DNA of 64,000 nt from an uncultured Desulfospira sp. Lineage in GTDB: Bacteria > Desulfobacterota > Desulfobacteria > Desulfobacterales > Desulfobacteraceae. This document shows positions 7,944 to 17,933 of the stretch, piece after piece. Each line of letters begins with the position of its first letter. Positions within the stretch are counted from its first letter, which is position 1. Below the pieces are notes generated by a model that had not been told where the DNA came from, made no database searches, and was given only the letters and a program-made list of their open reading frames with translations. The stretch lies in NCBI GenBank assembly GCA_963663165.1, contig OY760175.1, positions 2,336,001-2,400,000 on the forward strand, in the 5' to 3' direction. A program made the position numbers and the translations under genes.

Positions 7944-8918
7944 TTATCCGAGAAAGCCCAGTCCAAGGCCCTTGTCAATGGCCTTTAAGCCGGCAAACAG
8001 CAGGACCACGATAACAAACACCCGGATCATTTTCGGCTTGGCAATGGCCAGGACCTTCACGCCGATCAAAGATCCGAGCATCAGCCCGACAATGGACGGC
8101 ACGCCGATCAGGGGAATCACACACCCTCTGTTCATATAAATCCAGGCAGCCGAGGTGTCGGTGATGGAGAGCAAAAACTTACTGGTGGCCACAGAGATCT
8201 TCAAGGGGGCGCCCATTAACAGGTTGAGCACCGGCACATTGGCCCAACCGGCGCCTAAGCCGAACATACCGGCCAAAAGCCCGATCAGGATAAACAAAAA
8301 CAGGCCCAGAAGGGTTCTGTGGGTTTTCCACTCCACTGCTTCCCTGGCCCCTTCATCCCAGTAGATACCATTGAGGCCAAGGGCAAGGCCAATGGCGTCC
8401 TGCTTGGTCACAACCGGTTTTTCAGAATTTTTTGAAAAGAAGAGCAACGCCGCAATCCCCACAATGGTGACCCCAAGGCAGGTCTGGATAATATCCGGGT
8501 TAAGGGACGACAGGTATAACCCGAGCATGGCCCCTAATATGGAAAAGGTCGAGGCAATCAGGGCCACAGGCAGCGCCAACCGCAGATTGGCAAGGTTCCG
8601 GCGAAGCAGGCCCGGACCTGCGGCCAGGGCGCCTGCAAGGGCCACCATAAGCCCGACCCCCCTGACAAAGTCAATGTGAAAGGGGAAAAATCCACTGACC
8701 AGGGGAACGTACAACACCCCGCCCCCGACACCGGCCATAACTGCCAGAACCCCCAGTATCAGGCAGAAAAAGAAAAGGACGATAGGCCAAAACCACCAGG
8801 GTTTATCGGATGCAACCACGGCCTGTTCAGTGGCAAAGGCAAGTGCCGGACAGCCCAGTATGAATACAACCAGAAAGACCTGCAACCGATTTAACGAGCG
8901 CTTCAAATCTTTAACCAT
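7944..8918 (-). CDS. Sulfite exporter TauE/SafE (TSUP) family permease
   Basis: GVGGGVLYVP and GLGAGWANVP repeats; multiple TM helices. Confidence 0.9.
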   Translation of the reverse strand: MVKDLKRSLNRLQVFLVVFILGCPALAFATEQAVVASDKPWWFWPIVLFFFCLILGVLAVMAGVGGGVLYVPLVSGFFPFHIDFVRGVGLMVALAGALAAGPGLLRRNLANLRLALPVALIASTFSILGAMLGLYLSSLNPDIIQTCLGVTIVGIAALLFFSKNSEKPVVTKQDAIGLALGLNGIYWDEGAREAVEWKTHRTLLGLFLFILIGLLAGMFGLGAGWANVPVLNLLMGAPLKISVATSKFLLSITDTSAAWIYMNRGCVIPLIGVPSIVGLMLGSLIGVKVLAIAKPKMIRVFVIVVLLFAGLKAIDKGLGLGFLG

Positions 8919-8962
8919 TAATCTGTCTCCTTGAATCTTGTGTTAAAATTTCCTTCGTTTTG

Positions 8963-9007
8963 CTTTTTTTGTTTACACATTTACTTTTTTTGTTTACAAA
9001 TGAAACA
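8963..9007. promoter_or_regulatory. Candidate regulator sites in the divergent promoter
   Basis: Direct repeat CTTTTTTTGTTTACA at 8963 and 8984 (21 bp period); TGTTT-N7-AAACA palindrome at 8991-9007. Confidence 0.4.
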
Positions 9008-9070
9008 CAATATGATTATGGGTGTTGTATAGAGTATAAATTTTAAACAGTCAACAAGAAAATTATAATT

Positions 9071-9451
9071 ATGAAACATGCCGATGTATTAGTGATTGAC
9101 GATGAACAGAAATTTGCCGGGATGCTGGCCAAGCGCCTGGAACTTAGAGGACTGGAATGTGCTGTCTGTTATGACGGAATGTCGGGCGTAGAGTGGATTC
9201 GACAGTCCCCTGACGGGGTTACACTGGTTCTGCTGGATTTGAACCTTCCGGATATTTATGGCACACAAGTCATGGTTGAAATTAAAAAAATCAACCCGCA
9301 GCTTCCGGTGGTCATTGTCACCGGGCATGGCAGCGAAGCCGATAAAATCGAGTGCATGAAGCTCGGCGCAGCCGATTTTAAAAACAAACCGCTTAAAATT
9401 GAAACGGTCATGGCGCTGCTAAACAGGATAAAAGAAAGTGAGCGTGTCTAA
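9071..9451 (+). CDS. Single-domain response regulator
   Basis: VIDDE...LLDLNLPD...VTGHG...KP. Confidence 0.9.
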   Translation: MKHADVLVIDDEQKFAGMLAKRLELRGLECAVCYDGMSGVEWIRQSPDGVTLVLLDLNLPDIYGTQVMVEIKKINPQLPVVIVTGHGSEADKIECMKLGAADFKNKPLKIETVMALLNRIKESERV

Positions 9452-11233
9452 ATGATGAGGAATCATCCGCTTTTAGAAAAGATACAACCCAACTTTTTAT
9501 TCCACAAACATAGTGTTCATCTGGACTCTTTTTACACATTTGAAAGCTATGAGCGGATCTGGATCAGTTTTATCTGTATCCTGGCCATATCCTCCCTGGC
9601 TCCCCTGGTACTGGCCACCATGATCCATTACAAGCTGATCCAGCGGTCTACGGATTCCGAGCTCACCCTGCGGGCGGAACGGCTCACCTCCAACGCCCGG
9701 CGGTCTGTTTCATTTTTCATTGACGAACGGCTGGATGCCCTGTCTTTTACCGTTAATGAAAGCGGCTACGACAACCTGACAGATCCCGGTAAAATCAAGC
9801 AGGTGCTAAACAACTTGCGGCTTGGATTCGGGGGATTTACGGACTTGAGCGTGATTGATGAAGACGGGCAACAGGTGGCCTATGCCGGCCCCTTTAACCT
9901 TGAAGGCAAAAACTATGAGGATCAGCCGTGGTTTGCCCAGAGCCTGAAGTCCGACAACTTTGTCAGTGAGGTCTTTACCGGATACCGGGACGCCCCGCAT
10001 ATCATCATTGCCGTCAGGTCCAAAACACCGGAAGGCGCCCCGTATATTCTGCGGGCCACCCTGGATACCGAACGGCTCATCCAGATGCTGTTATCCTACA
10101 AACCCAATGTCCATACCGATATCTTCCTGATCAACCACAAGGGCATCTTGCAGACCCCGTCAACTAAATATGGGAATGTCCTTGGCAAAACGGATTTTGA
10201 AATCCCGGCCTTCTCCCCCCGGACCATTGCCGAGAAAACCGTTGAGGAGCAGGACACGGTGGCCAGCCATAGCAAGACCATTATCGCGGGCTATTCCTAT
10301 ATTTTTACGGACAAGGTAAAAACCCCGTTTATCCTGGTGGTCCGGAAAGAAAAAGAAGGAACCATGCAAAACTGGCTGGATATGGGAAAAACCTTTAACT
10401 GGATCATCGGGGTCAGCAGCGTGGTCATTATTATTATCATAACGCTTTTGTCCACGTTCATGGTGAATAAGCTCTATCTTGCCGACAAGACCAAGGCCAG
10501 AACCATGCTCCAGATGGAACAGAACCAGCAGCTGGCCAGCATCGGGCAGCTGGCTGCAGGGGTTGCCCATGAAATCAACAACCCCCTGGCCCTGATCAAC
10601 GAGACCGCCGGGTATATCAGGGATATTTTCAGTTTTGCACCTGAAGAAGAGCTGGACAGACAGGAAATTGTGGAGCATATTGATTCCGTGCTGGATGCCG
10701 TGGAACGATGCGGCACCATCACCGGGCAGCTGCTGGGCTTTGTTCGCCGGTTTGACATCAGGATAAAAAAAATAGACCTGGGTCAGATGATTGAAAGTGT
10801 CTTAAACTTTCATAAAAAAGAAGCCCAATACCGGAACATCTGTGTGAGCACTGCCAAACCGGATGACCCGGTATTCATTGAAACCGACAGCGGCAAACTC
10901 CAGCAGATCCTGGTCAACCTGGTGAACAATGCGTTCCAGGCCCTGGACGAGGGGGATTGCCTTGACATCATGGTGTCTTTTGTTAACCCGGAGACCATAC
11001 AGATTGTGGTTAAAGATACGGGCTGCGGCATCCCGGCAGAAAATCTTAAAAAAATTCATGAGCCCTTTTTCAGCACCAAAAAAGAAAAGTTGGGAACCGG
11101 ACTGGGGCTTTCAATTACTTACGGACTGATCAAAAAGCTCCAGGGGAATATCAGCGTTCAGAGTGTCGAGGGCCAGGGGACCATATTTACCGTAACGCTT
11201 CCCGTCAAGATTCAGGAAGGGGATTTGGCATGA
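9452..11233 (+). CDS. Membrane sensor histidine kinase (Cache-like sensor, HisKA, HATPase)
   Basis: Two TM helices; AHEINNPL H-box; NLVNNA, DTGCGI and GTGLGL boxes. Confidence 0.95.
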   Translation: MMRNHPLLEKIQPNFLFHKHSVHLDSFYTFESYERIWISFICILAISSLAPLVLATMIHYKLIQRSTDSELTLRAERLTSNARRSVSFFIDERLDALSFTVNESGYDNLTDPGKIKQVLNNLRLGFGGFTDLSVIDEDGQQVAYAGPFNLEGKNYEDQPWFAQSLKSDNFVSEVFTGYRDAPHIIIAVRSKTPEGAPYILRATLDTERLIQMLLSYKPNVHTDIFLINHKGILQTPSTKYGNVLGKTDFEIPAFSPRTIAEKTVEEQDTVASHSKTIIAGYSYIFTDKVKTPFILVVRKEKEGTMQNWLDMGKTFNWIIGVSSVVIIIIITLLSTFMVNKLYLADKTKARTMLQMEQNQQLASIGQLAAGVAHEINNPLALINETAGYIRDIFSFAPEEELDRQEIVEHIDSVLDAVERCGTITGQLLGFVRRFDIRIKKIDLGQMIESVLNFHKKEAQYRNICVSTAKPDDPVFIETDSGKLQQILVNLVNNAFQALDEGDCLDIMVSFVNPETIQIVVKDTGCGIPAENLKKIHEPFFSTKKEKLGTGLGLSITYGLIKKLQGNISVQSVEGQGTIFTVTLPVKIQEGDLA

Positions 11234-11592
11234 AAGTCATTTTAGTGGATGATGAACAAAAATTTATTGTGATGCTCTCCAAACGCTTAAAGTTCAGGGG
11301 AGTTGATTCAACCCCGGTCATGACCGGTGAAGACGCCATAAAAGAAGTATCCCAAGCGCCCTATGATGTGGCGGTCCTGGACATTAAAATGCCGGGTATC
11401 AGCGGGCTTGCACTGAAAAACGAATTGGTGGCCATCAACCCGGACTTAAAATTTGTCTTTGTTACCGGACATGGCGCCGCCATTGACCAAGACAAGCCTG
11501 GATATGCGGCCGACGACATCTATTTGTCAAAACCCCTGGACATTGATGTCTTAATCAACACCATCCAGAAACTGGTTGGGAATAGCTGTTAG
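11230..11592 (+). CDS. Single-domain response regulator
   Basis: LVDDE...VLDIKMPG...VTGHG...SKP. Confidence 0.9.
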   Translation: MKVILVDDEQKFIVMLSKRLKFRGVDSTPVMTGEDAIKEVSQAPYDVAVLDIKMPGISGLALKNELVAINPDLKFVFVTGHGAAIDQDKPGYAADDIYLSKPLDIDVLINTIQKLVGNSC

Positions 11593-11628
11593 CTCTTAGC
11601 CGTTAGCTGTTCGCCTTCATCCGTTCAC
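11583..11628. repeat. Degenerate heptamer tandem repeat (TTAGCYG-like)
   Basis: tagctgt tagctct tagccgt tagctgt tcgcct... Confidence 0.6.
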
Positions 11629-11646
11629 AACAAAAGGGAGAAAAGA

Positions 11647-12294
11647 GTGAATTCACCGATGAACAATGAAATGGAAAGCCTGAAATTTTTTGGAAAAGTC
11701 AACGCCAGTATCTCTCACGAACTGAAAAACATTTTTGCCATTATTTCGGAAACCACGGGGTTCCTTGACGATCTGACCCAGCTGGCCAAAAAAGGGGAAA
11801 AATTTGACCTGTCCATTCTTGAAAACTGCAACGCCAGTATTGCCGAAGAAATCGAACGGGGATTTCAGGTCATCCGGCGCATGAACCGCTTTGCCCACAG
11901 TGTGGACGACCCCCTGAAAGAAATCCATCTGGCCTCAACCTTAGAGCTGACGGCCAAGTTAACCGGGCTGTTAAGTTATGCCAAACCCGTCAAGATTACG
12001 GAGCCTGCCCAGGATATCCTGATCACCACCAGCCCTTTCTTGTTCCAGGGGCTGATATACCAGATCCTGTGCGAGCTGTACCAGATCCCGGAAACCAAAG
12101 AGGTTTTGATCCGACTTGACCCGGTTGCCGATACCCAGATTCAATTAATTGTGTCAAATTTTGCATCCAGCCCTTGTGATTTCCTGTCATCCCGGGATAT
12201 AAAGGGAAAAGCAGCAAAGCTCAACATTGATCTTGAAGTCAGCACAGATCCGGCCGAAATTTCCATACGGGTTCCAAGGTCAGTGGATCTGTGA
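11647..12294 (+). CDS. HisKA-domain protein with degenerate ATPase domain
   Basis: FFGKVNASISHELKN H-box; no recognisable N, G1 or G2 boxes. Confidence 0.75.
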   Translation: MNSPMNNEMESLKFFGKVNASISHELKNIFAIISETTGFLDDLTQLAKKGEKFDLSILENCNASIAEEIERGFQVIRRMNRFAHSVDDPLKEIHLASTLELTAKLTGLLSYAKPVKITEPAQDILITTSPFLFQGLIYQILCELYQIPETKEVLIRLDPVADTQIQLIVSNFASSPCDFLSSRDIKGKAAKLNIDLEVSTDPAEISIRVPRSVDL

Positions 12295-12437
12295 CAAACC
12301 GATATGACTTAACCGTCAACCCCTGTGGGGTAGCGACCGGACAGCCTGTATTTTAGCGCAGGGCTTTTACGTCCGAAATAAAACTTGAAAGCTTTCAGCC
12401 GACAGCTGACAGCTTTATTGCCGGGAAAGGAGGAAAC

Positions 12438-12932
12438 ATGTCCGATAACGAAAAAATCAATCTGCTGATGGTGGATGATGAGGAAAAATTTTTAGATGCT
12501 ATTACCGAACGGCTGAAACTCAAATTCTTTGACATTGAAACCGCCACCAACGGAAAAGACGCCATTGCCTTATCAGAACAGAGCCGATTCGATGTTGCGG
12601 TAGTGGACCTTCAGATGCCCGGTATAGACGGCGTGGAACTGCTGAAAACCTTGAAAAAAGGGCATAAATTTTTAGAAATCATTATCCTGTCAGGCCATGC
12701 CACCATTGAAACGGCGGTAGAATGCACCAAACTGGGCGCCTATAAAATTCTTGAAAAGCCCGCCAAATTTGAAGTCCTGGTGGATACTATAAAAGATGCT
12801 TATGAATCGCGGCTTAAGAAAAAATTTGAAAATGATGAAAAAAGAATGCAGGAGATTCAGTCCCTTGCCTTTGGCCAGTCTGCCCTTGGGATATTAAGAG
12901 AACTGTCCAAAATAGACGACGATCAGAAATAA
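12438..12932 (+). CDS. Response regulator (REC plus short C-terminal tail)
   Basis: MVDDE...VDLQMPG...LSGHA...EKP; strong SD AGGAGG. Confidence 0.9.
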   Translation: MSDNEKINLLMVDDEEKFLDAITERLKLKFFDIETATNGKDAIALSEQSRFDVAVVDLQMPGIDGVELLKTLKKGHKFLEIIILSGHATIETAVECTKLGAYKILEKPAKFEVLVDTIKDAYESRLKKKFENDEKRMQEIQSLAFGQSALGILRELSKIDDDQK

Positions 12933-12943
12933 TCTAGGAATTC

Positions 12944-13006
12944 AGGCTGAAGGCTGAAGGGGATTAGGGTTGCTAAGCCCTTCAGCCTAACCGCCTTCAG
13001 TCTAAT
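12944..13006. repeat. Inverted heptamer array (AGGCTGA / TTCAGCC) forming a hairpin
   Basis: AGGCTGAAGGCTGAAGG...CCTTCAGCCTAACCGCCTTCAGTCT, just after a stop codon. Confidence 0.6.
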
Positions 13007-13014
13007 TATCTTTT

Positions 13015-13129
13015 ATCCATACTCACATATTGCGATTACCCTGCCCCGGACCTAATGCCCACTGATTTTCAAGGCCCGGGCAAGCACCAGCACATCCACA
13101 CCATCAGCCCCGGTAAAGGGTTCTGGCAG
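13015..13129. repeat. Degenerate duplicate of the comF 3' end and downstream flank
   Basis: Direct repeat of 15890-16009 with 4 substitutions and a 5 bp deletion. Confidence 0.9.
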
Positions 13130-13133
13130 TTCG

Positions 13134-13162
13134 GTAGGGCGGGCACGCTCTTTGTGCCCGCC
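13134..13162 (+). repeat. GTAG-type REP-like palindrome
   Basis: GTAG-GGCGGGCAC-gctcttt-GTGCCCGCC. Confidence 0.55.
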
Positions 13163-13472
13163 GGTTTGCCGTAAGCCCGTTTGATTTATCTTTCAGAAAC
13201 AACATATTGTGCTTTGAAACGAAACGGGGATGGGTTGATTCCCAATAATTATTGATTTGTCAGATTTTTAGAGAATCAATTTTATAATATATAAAATTTA
13301 GCCTTGCCTTTCTCTGTTGGAGATGTTTAATCTCCAATTAAGTTGCTTTTCAATGAGGGCATTCATGCTTGGAAATTAGTTTTGAAAAATTTTTCACGCA
13401 ATTCAATTGACAAGCCCTGCGGTTTTAAGTAACGGATACTAAACTATTTTTATTTTAGGGATAGTACTTGTT

Positions 13473-14588
13473 ATGATACAAAGACTTTACATCCATAATT
13501 TCAGATGTTTAGAAAATTTTGAGTTAAATCTTAAAAAAAAATCATCTGCACTTTTAATAGGAAAAAACGGTTCCGGCAAATCAACTGTTAGTTCAGCGCT
13601 CGAGATTTTTCAAAAAATAGCTCGAGGTCAGAATAAAACAAAAGATCTTCTACATTATAGTGATTTTGTTACAGGACAACAAGATCAACCCATTCGATTA
13701 GAAGTTGAAGCTCTAATTGAAGATCAGCTTTATCATTATGATCTTGCTTTAGAGTTGCCTGATGGTTTTAGAGAATTCAGAATTTATGAAGAATCTTTAA
13801 GTGTTTCTGGGAAGTTTATTTTTGAAAGGAAATTTGGGGATGTCACATTTGTTAGAAATTCTCTGAATCAAAACGAATCAAATTTTGTAGTTGATTGGCA
13901 CCTTGTTGCTTTGCCTGTTATTCAAGAACCCTTTGGGAAAGATCCTATCAGCATTTTTAAGACATGGCTGTCTCATATGATTATCTTGCAGCCTATTCCC
14001 TCATTGATGGGGGGGGAATCCCGTGGAGAAACGCTTCAACCTGTAAAAAATGGAAGTGATTTCGAAGAGTGGTTTACTGGCTTATTATCACGTTATCCAG
14101 CAGCTTATACTAATATTCATAATTATTTAAAAAAGGTTATGCCTGACTTCAAAGATTTCCAAAATGAGCTTGTTGGTAGAGATGCCAAAAGCATGAGCGT
14201 TCGATTTAGTGATGGGAAACGGAGTTGTCAGTACCCTTTTAGCTCTCTCTCTGATGGAGAAAAATGTTATTTTTTATGTGCACTTGTTGCCGCAGCAAAT
14301 GAATTTTACGGGCCACTTTTTTGTTTTTGGGATGAACCTGATTCTTATCTATCACTATCAGAGGTTAGCTTTTTTATTAACTTTTTAAGAAAAGTTTTTG
14401 AAAATAAAGGACAAATTCTGGTAACCTCGCATAACCCTGAAGCGATAAGAAAATTTTCAGAAAATAATACATGGCTATTATTTCGTAAAAGCCACCTTGA
14501 GCCTACTCAAGCGAGACTTCTTGAAGACCTTGGTGATATAAAAGATGATATAATAGAAGATCTAACTTTGGGTGATATAGAATTGTGA
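13473..14588 (+). CDS. ABC-type ATPase (AAA_15/AAA_21-like)
   Basis: IHNFRCL, GKNGSGKST (Walker A), LSDGEK signature, FWDEPD (Walker B), TSHN. AT-rich. Confidence 0.9.
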   Translation: MIQRLYIHNFRCLENFELNLKKKSSALLIGKNGSGKSTVSSALEIFQKIARGQNKTKDLLHYSDFVTGQQDQPIRLEVEALIEDQLYHYDLALELPDGFREFRIYEESLSVSGKFIFERKFGDVTFVRNSLNQNESNFVVDWHLVALPVIQEPFGKDPISIFKTWLSHMIILQPIPSLMGGESRGETLQPVKNGSDFEEWFTGLLSRYPAAYTNIHNYLKKVMPDFKDFQNELVGRDAKSMSVRFSDGKRSCQYPFSSLSDGEKCYFLCALVAAANEFYGPLFCFWDEPDSYLSLSEVSFFINFLRKVFENKGQILVTSHNPEAIRKFSENNTWLLFRKSHLEPTQARLLEDLGDIKDDIIEDLTLGDIEL

Positions 14589-14591
14589 TTT

Positions 14592-15083
14592 ATGGCTGAT
14601 AAATACAATCCACATCTGATAATATTACCGGAAGACCGTGCAAATGAACAAATTGTTAACGGTTTCCTTTTGAATTCACAATTAGACGAGAGAAGGATTT
14701 CTTGCCTCAAACCTTGTAAAGGCTGGAAAAGAACCCTCGAGTATTTTTTAGAACAATTTTCGGACAGGTTGAGGTCATGTGTTCAATGGAGGTGCCTGCT
14801 CCTTATTGATTTTGATATGGATGAGAATCGATATCAAACTGTAAACAACGATATCCCTGAAGATTTAAAAGAAAGAGTCTTCATTTTAGGTTCGATTTCA
14901 GAACCGGAAGAACTGAAAAATCGATTTAATCCAGTAAAATCTTATGAAGAAATTGGCAAGGCGCTTGCTCAAGATTGCGTTGATGGAACTAATCATACAT
15001 GGGATCATGAGCTTTTACGACACAATGAGGGTGAGATACAAAGAATGATTGGATCTGTGAAACCTTTTTTATTTAATTTTTGA
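14592..15083 (+). CDS. ATPase partner with TOPRIM-like motif order
   Basis: N-terminal IILPED acidic motif, GW, and LLIDFD (DxD). Starts 3 bp after the ATPase stop. Confidence 0.6.
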   Translation: MADKYNPHLIILPEDRANEQIVNGFLLNSQLDERRISCLKPCKGWKRTLEYFLEQFSDRLRSCVQWRCLLLIDFDMDENRYQTVNNDIPEDLKERVFILGSISEPEELKNRFNPVKSYEEIGKALAQDCVDGTNHTWDHELLRHNEGEIQRMIGSVKPFLFNF

Positions 15084-15341
15084 ATGCGTCACTTAATTCC
15101 ATCCAGAGCTAAATTATGTGAGATTATTTTTTAAAGTAATCTTATTACATTATTTTCGTTACAGTCCGAAGATCCATCAAAATCAATTTCATAGAACATA
15201 ATCCTGATTTTCAGGGTTCAATTCTGGTTCAATCTCGTGATGGAGGATAATAAATATAGAATGTAATCATTGAAATTTTTTTTGGTGTGTGATTAATCTC
15301 CATTAAAACTGAAATAATCATTATCCAAATTGGACAGAATA

Positions 15342-15851
15342 ATGAAGAAAATTAAAATATTATTTTTCATCTCTCTTCTTTTATTGAACCTGTTTTTAGG
15401 ACCAGGTTTTACGAAAAATTTATTCAATCTATCTGAACCAATCTATCTTTTATTAATCGCTGGCGTTAAAGATGGTGGAAGTACTGAGATAATGTTACGA
15501 GGATTCGGAGAAAAAAAATTTTATATCTTAATTGATCATCGACTAAATACCGAAACAGAGGGAAGGATGTATATTGGCCCTGATAGTTACCCTCAGGATA
15601 GTGAAAATTTGGTTTCGATTAATTCAGATGAGGAAAAGCAAATTTTGGATATGTTACAACGAATCATTGACAATAATATCAATCCAGAAATGCAAAGTAA
15701 GTTACTCAATTTCTATGCTGAAAACAAATTGGGAGGCCTTTTCATTGATGATCCCAGAATGTCATTTATTGAAAATCTTCCTATTGAGGACATGAAAGCT
15801 GCACTGCTTTTAAACACAATTCAAACTTACAAAAATGCCTTCCATCATTGA
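15342..15851 (+). CDS. Hypothetical exported protein
   Basis: MKKIKILFFISLLLLNLFLG signal-like N-terminus; AT-rich ORF. Confidence 0.6.
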   Translation: MKKIKILFFISLLLLNLFLGPGFTKNLFNLSEPIYLLLIAGVKDGGSTEIMLRGFGEKKFYILIDHRLNTETEGRMYIGPDSYPQDSENLVSINSDEEKQILDMLQRIIDNNINPEMQSKLLNFYAENKLGGLFIDDPRMSFIENLPIEDMKAALLLNTIQTYKNAFHH

Positions 15852-15926
15852 ATTAACAATTACATTTTCCGGCCTCCGGCTTTTACATCATCCATACTCA
15901 CATATTGCGATTACCCTGCCCCGGAC

Positions 15927-16727
15927 CTAATGCCCACTGCTTTTCAAGGCCCGGGCAAGCACCAGCACATCCACACCGTCCGCCCCTCCCCGGTAAAGGG
16001 TTTTGGCAGCCTCTTTGCAGGTACTGCCCGTTGTATATACATCATCAACCAGAAGAATTCTTTTGCCTTGAATCTGCTGTTTTCCTTTTTGAGTGACCTG
16101 AAACGCATTTTTCAGGTTCTTTTTTCGGGCCCCGGCATCAAATCCGGTCTGGGGCCGGGTATGGACCACCCGTTTTAAACTGGTGATATCAATTTTCCAG
16201 GCGGGGAACTGGTTGTATTGTTGCTGATACAGCCCGGGAAAATGCCGGACCAGGACATAGGCCTGGTTAAACCCGCGTTTCATCAACCGCCGCACATGCA
16301 ACGGGATGGGCAAAATCAAATCCGGTTCATCATCCTTAAAATAGGCCTCAAAAGCCTGAAACATAAAAACTTCAAAAATCCGGGACAGGGACAGCCGGGA
16401 CCGGTATTTGAACGCCGGAACCGCATCCTGAACAATCCCTTTGTATTTGAGGGCCGCCCTAACCTGCCGGATATCCTTACCCGCGGATTTGCTTTTCAAA
16501 CAGGCTTCGCACAAGTGGTTTTCACCCTGCTCAAACAGATGGCCGCACCGGGGGCAAAACGGCTTCTGAAAAATCGCGGCCCCACCGCCCAAGCAGGACT
16601 TGCAGAAAACCCCTTCAAAGGACCGGTCGCGGCGGAGTCCGGAATCCAGAAAAACCCCGCACTTCAGGCATCTGGCCGGAAACACGAAATTTCCCAGCAC
16701 CGAAACCCACCGGGTTTCGCGAATCAT
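15927..16727 (-). CDS. comF: ComF family protein (zinc ribbon plus PRTase)
   Basis: FPARCLKC and further CxxC pairs, IPLH...RGFNQA, LLVDDVYTTGST. Start is uncertain. Confidence 0.9.
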   Translation of the reverse strand: MIRETRWVSVLGNFVFPARCLKCGVFLDSGLRRDRSFEGVFCKSCLGGGAAIFQKPFCPRCGHLFEQGENHLCEACLKSKSAGKDIRQVRAALKYKGIVQDAVPAFKYRSRLSLSRIFEVFMFQAFEAYFKDDEPDLILPIPLHVRRLMKRGFNQAYVLVRHFPGLYQQQYNQFPAWKIDITSLKRVVHTRPQTGFDAGARKKNLKNAFQVTQKGKQQIQGKRILLVDDVYTTGSTCKEAAKTLYRGGADGVDVLVLARALKSSGH

Positions 16728-17135
16728 GTCTTTTAATTGCAATCCCATGATTTTGTTCGAATAGGGGTTAAAGGTTCTAATGCAAGAAACGGACACCGGA
16801 AGAAGGGAGGCCGAAGACCGGAAATCACGGTTCCCCCGGGTATACGCATTCCGGTCTCCGGTTTCCATTCAATTTATTTGAATAATTTAACCCATTATTT
16901 AACCGGATGACAATCCCGCAGCTAAAAATTTAAAATTTTATACTAACGGCCACGGGCCGATTGGATTGTTAATCCGGTTCAGCCCACAACAAAGCATGAA
17001 AGAATTATAGCAGCTTGCAGATTCTTTCATATAAAAGTGTTGCATTATTGGCCCAACACTGCAACTTATACCTTTACGAAGAGCCGGGCTTTAAATTTTA
17101 ACGTTAACACCATCCGGAAAAAAAGGAAAAAACAA

Positions 17136-17933
17136 ATGAAATACGGCGCCATGAACTTTCCCGTCAAACCGGTACTGGATGAGGTTGAAAAAATTGCAGA
17201 TTTGGGATTTGACTACGTGGAACTAACCCTTGATCCGCCCTGTGCCCACTATTCCGATATCGACAATGTGGCCGATCCATTGATCCGGGCCCTGGCCAGG
17301 CATTCATTAGGCCTTGTCTGCCATCTGCCCACTTTTGTGTTTACGGCTGACCTGGCCTTGGGGATACGAAGGGCATCCGTGAACGAAATGCTCAACTCCC
17401 TGAGAACGGCGGCAAAAATCAGGGCCCAGAAGGTGGTGCTTCACCCGAGTATTATCCACGGCATGGGTCCCCTTGTCATGGATAACTCCCTGAAATACGC
17501 GAAAAAAAGCTTTGAGGCCATTCTGGCGGAAGCCCGGGGGTTATCCCTGCCCATCTGTTTTGAGAATATGTTTCCCAAGTACAATTCTTTTTCCAGCCCC
17601 GATGAATTTTCAGCCCTGTTTGAGGAATTTCCCGACCTTAAAATGACCCTTGATACCGGCCATGCCAACATAGATGACCCCGGGGGGAAAAGGCTCTTCG
17701 AGTTCATTGAACGATTCCCCGGCCGCATCGGCCATGTCCATGTCAGTGACAACAACGGCCGGCGCGATGACCACCTTAAATTGGGTGGCGGCTGTATTGA
17801 TTTTAAAAAACTGGCCCATATGCTTAATGGGGCCGGCTACAATGACACCATGACCTTTGAAATTTTTACACAAAAGCCCAGGGACCTTTTGGAAAGCCGG
17901 GAACGAATGGCAGCGCTTCTGGCAGAAATTTGA
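17136..17933 (+). CDS. Sugar phosphate isomerase/epimerase (AP endonuclease 2 TIM barrel)
   Basis: FENM, LDTGHA, HVHVSDN...DDHL and TFE metal-binding motifs. Confidence 0.85.
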   Translation: MKYGAMNFPVKPVLDEVEKIADLGFDYVELTLDPPCAHYSDIDNVADPLIRALARHSLGLVCHLPTFVFTADLALGIRRASVNEMLNSLRTAAKIRAQKVVLHPSIIHGMGPLVMDNSLKYAKKSFEAILAEARGLSLPICFENMFPKYNSFSSPDEFSALFEEFPDLKMTLDTGHANIDDPGGKRLFEFIERFPGRIGHVHVSDNNGRRDDHLKLGGGCIDFKKLAHMLNGAGYNDTMTFEIFTQKPRDLLESRERMAALLAEI

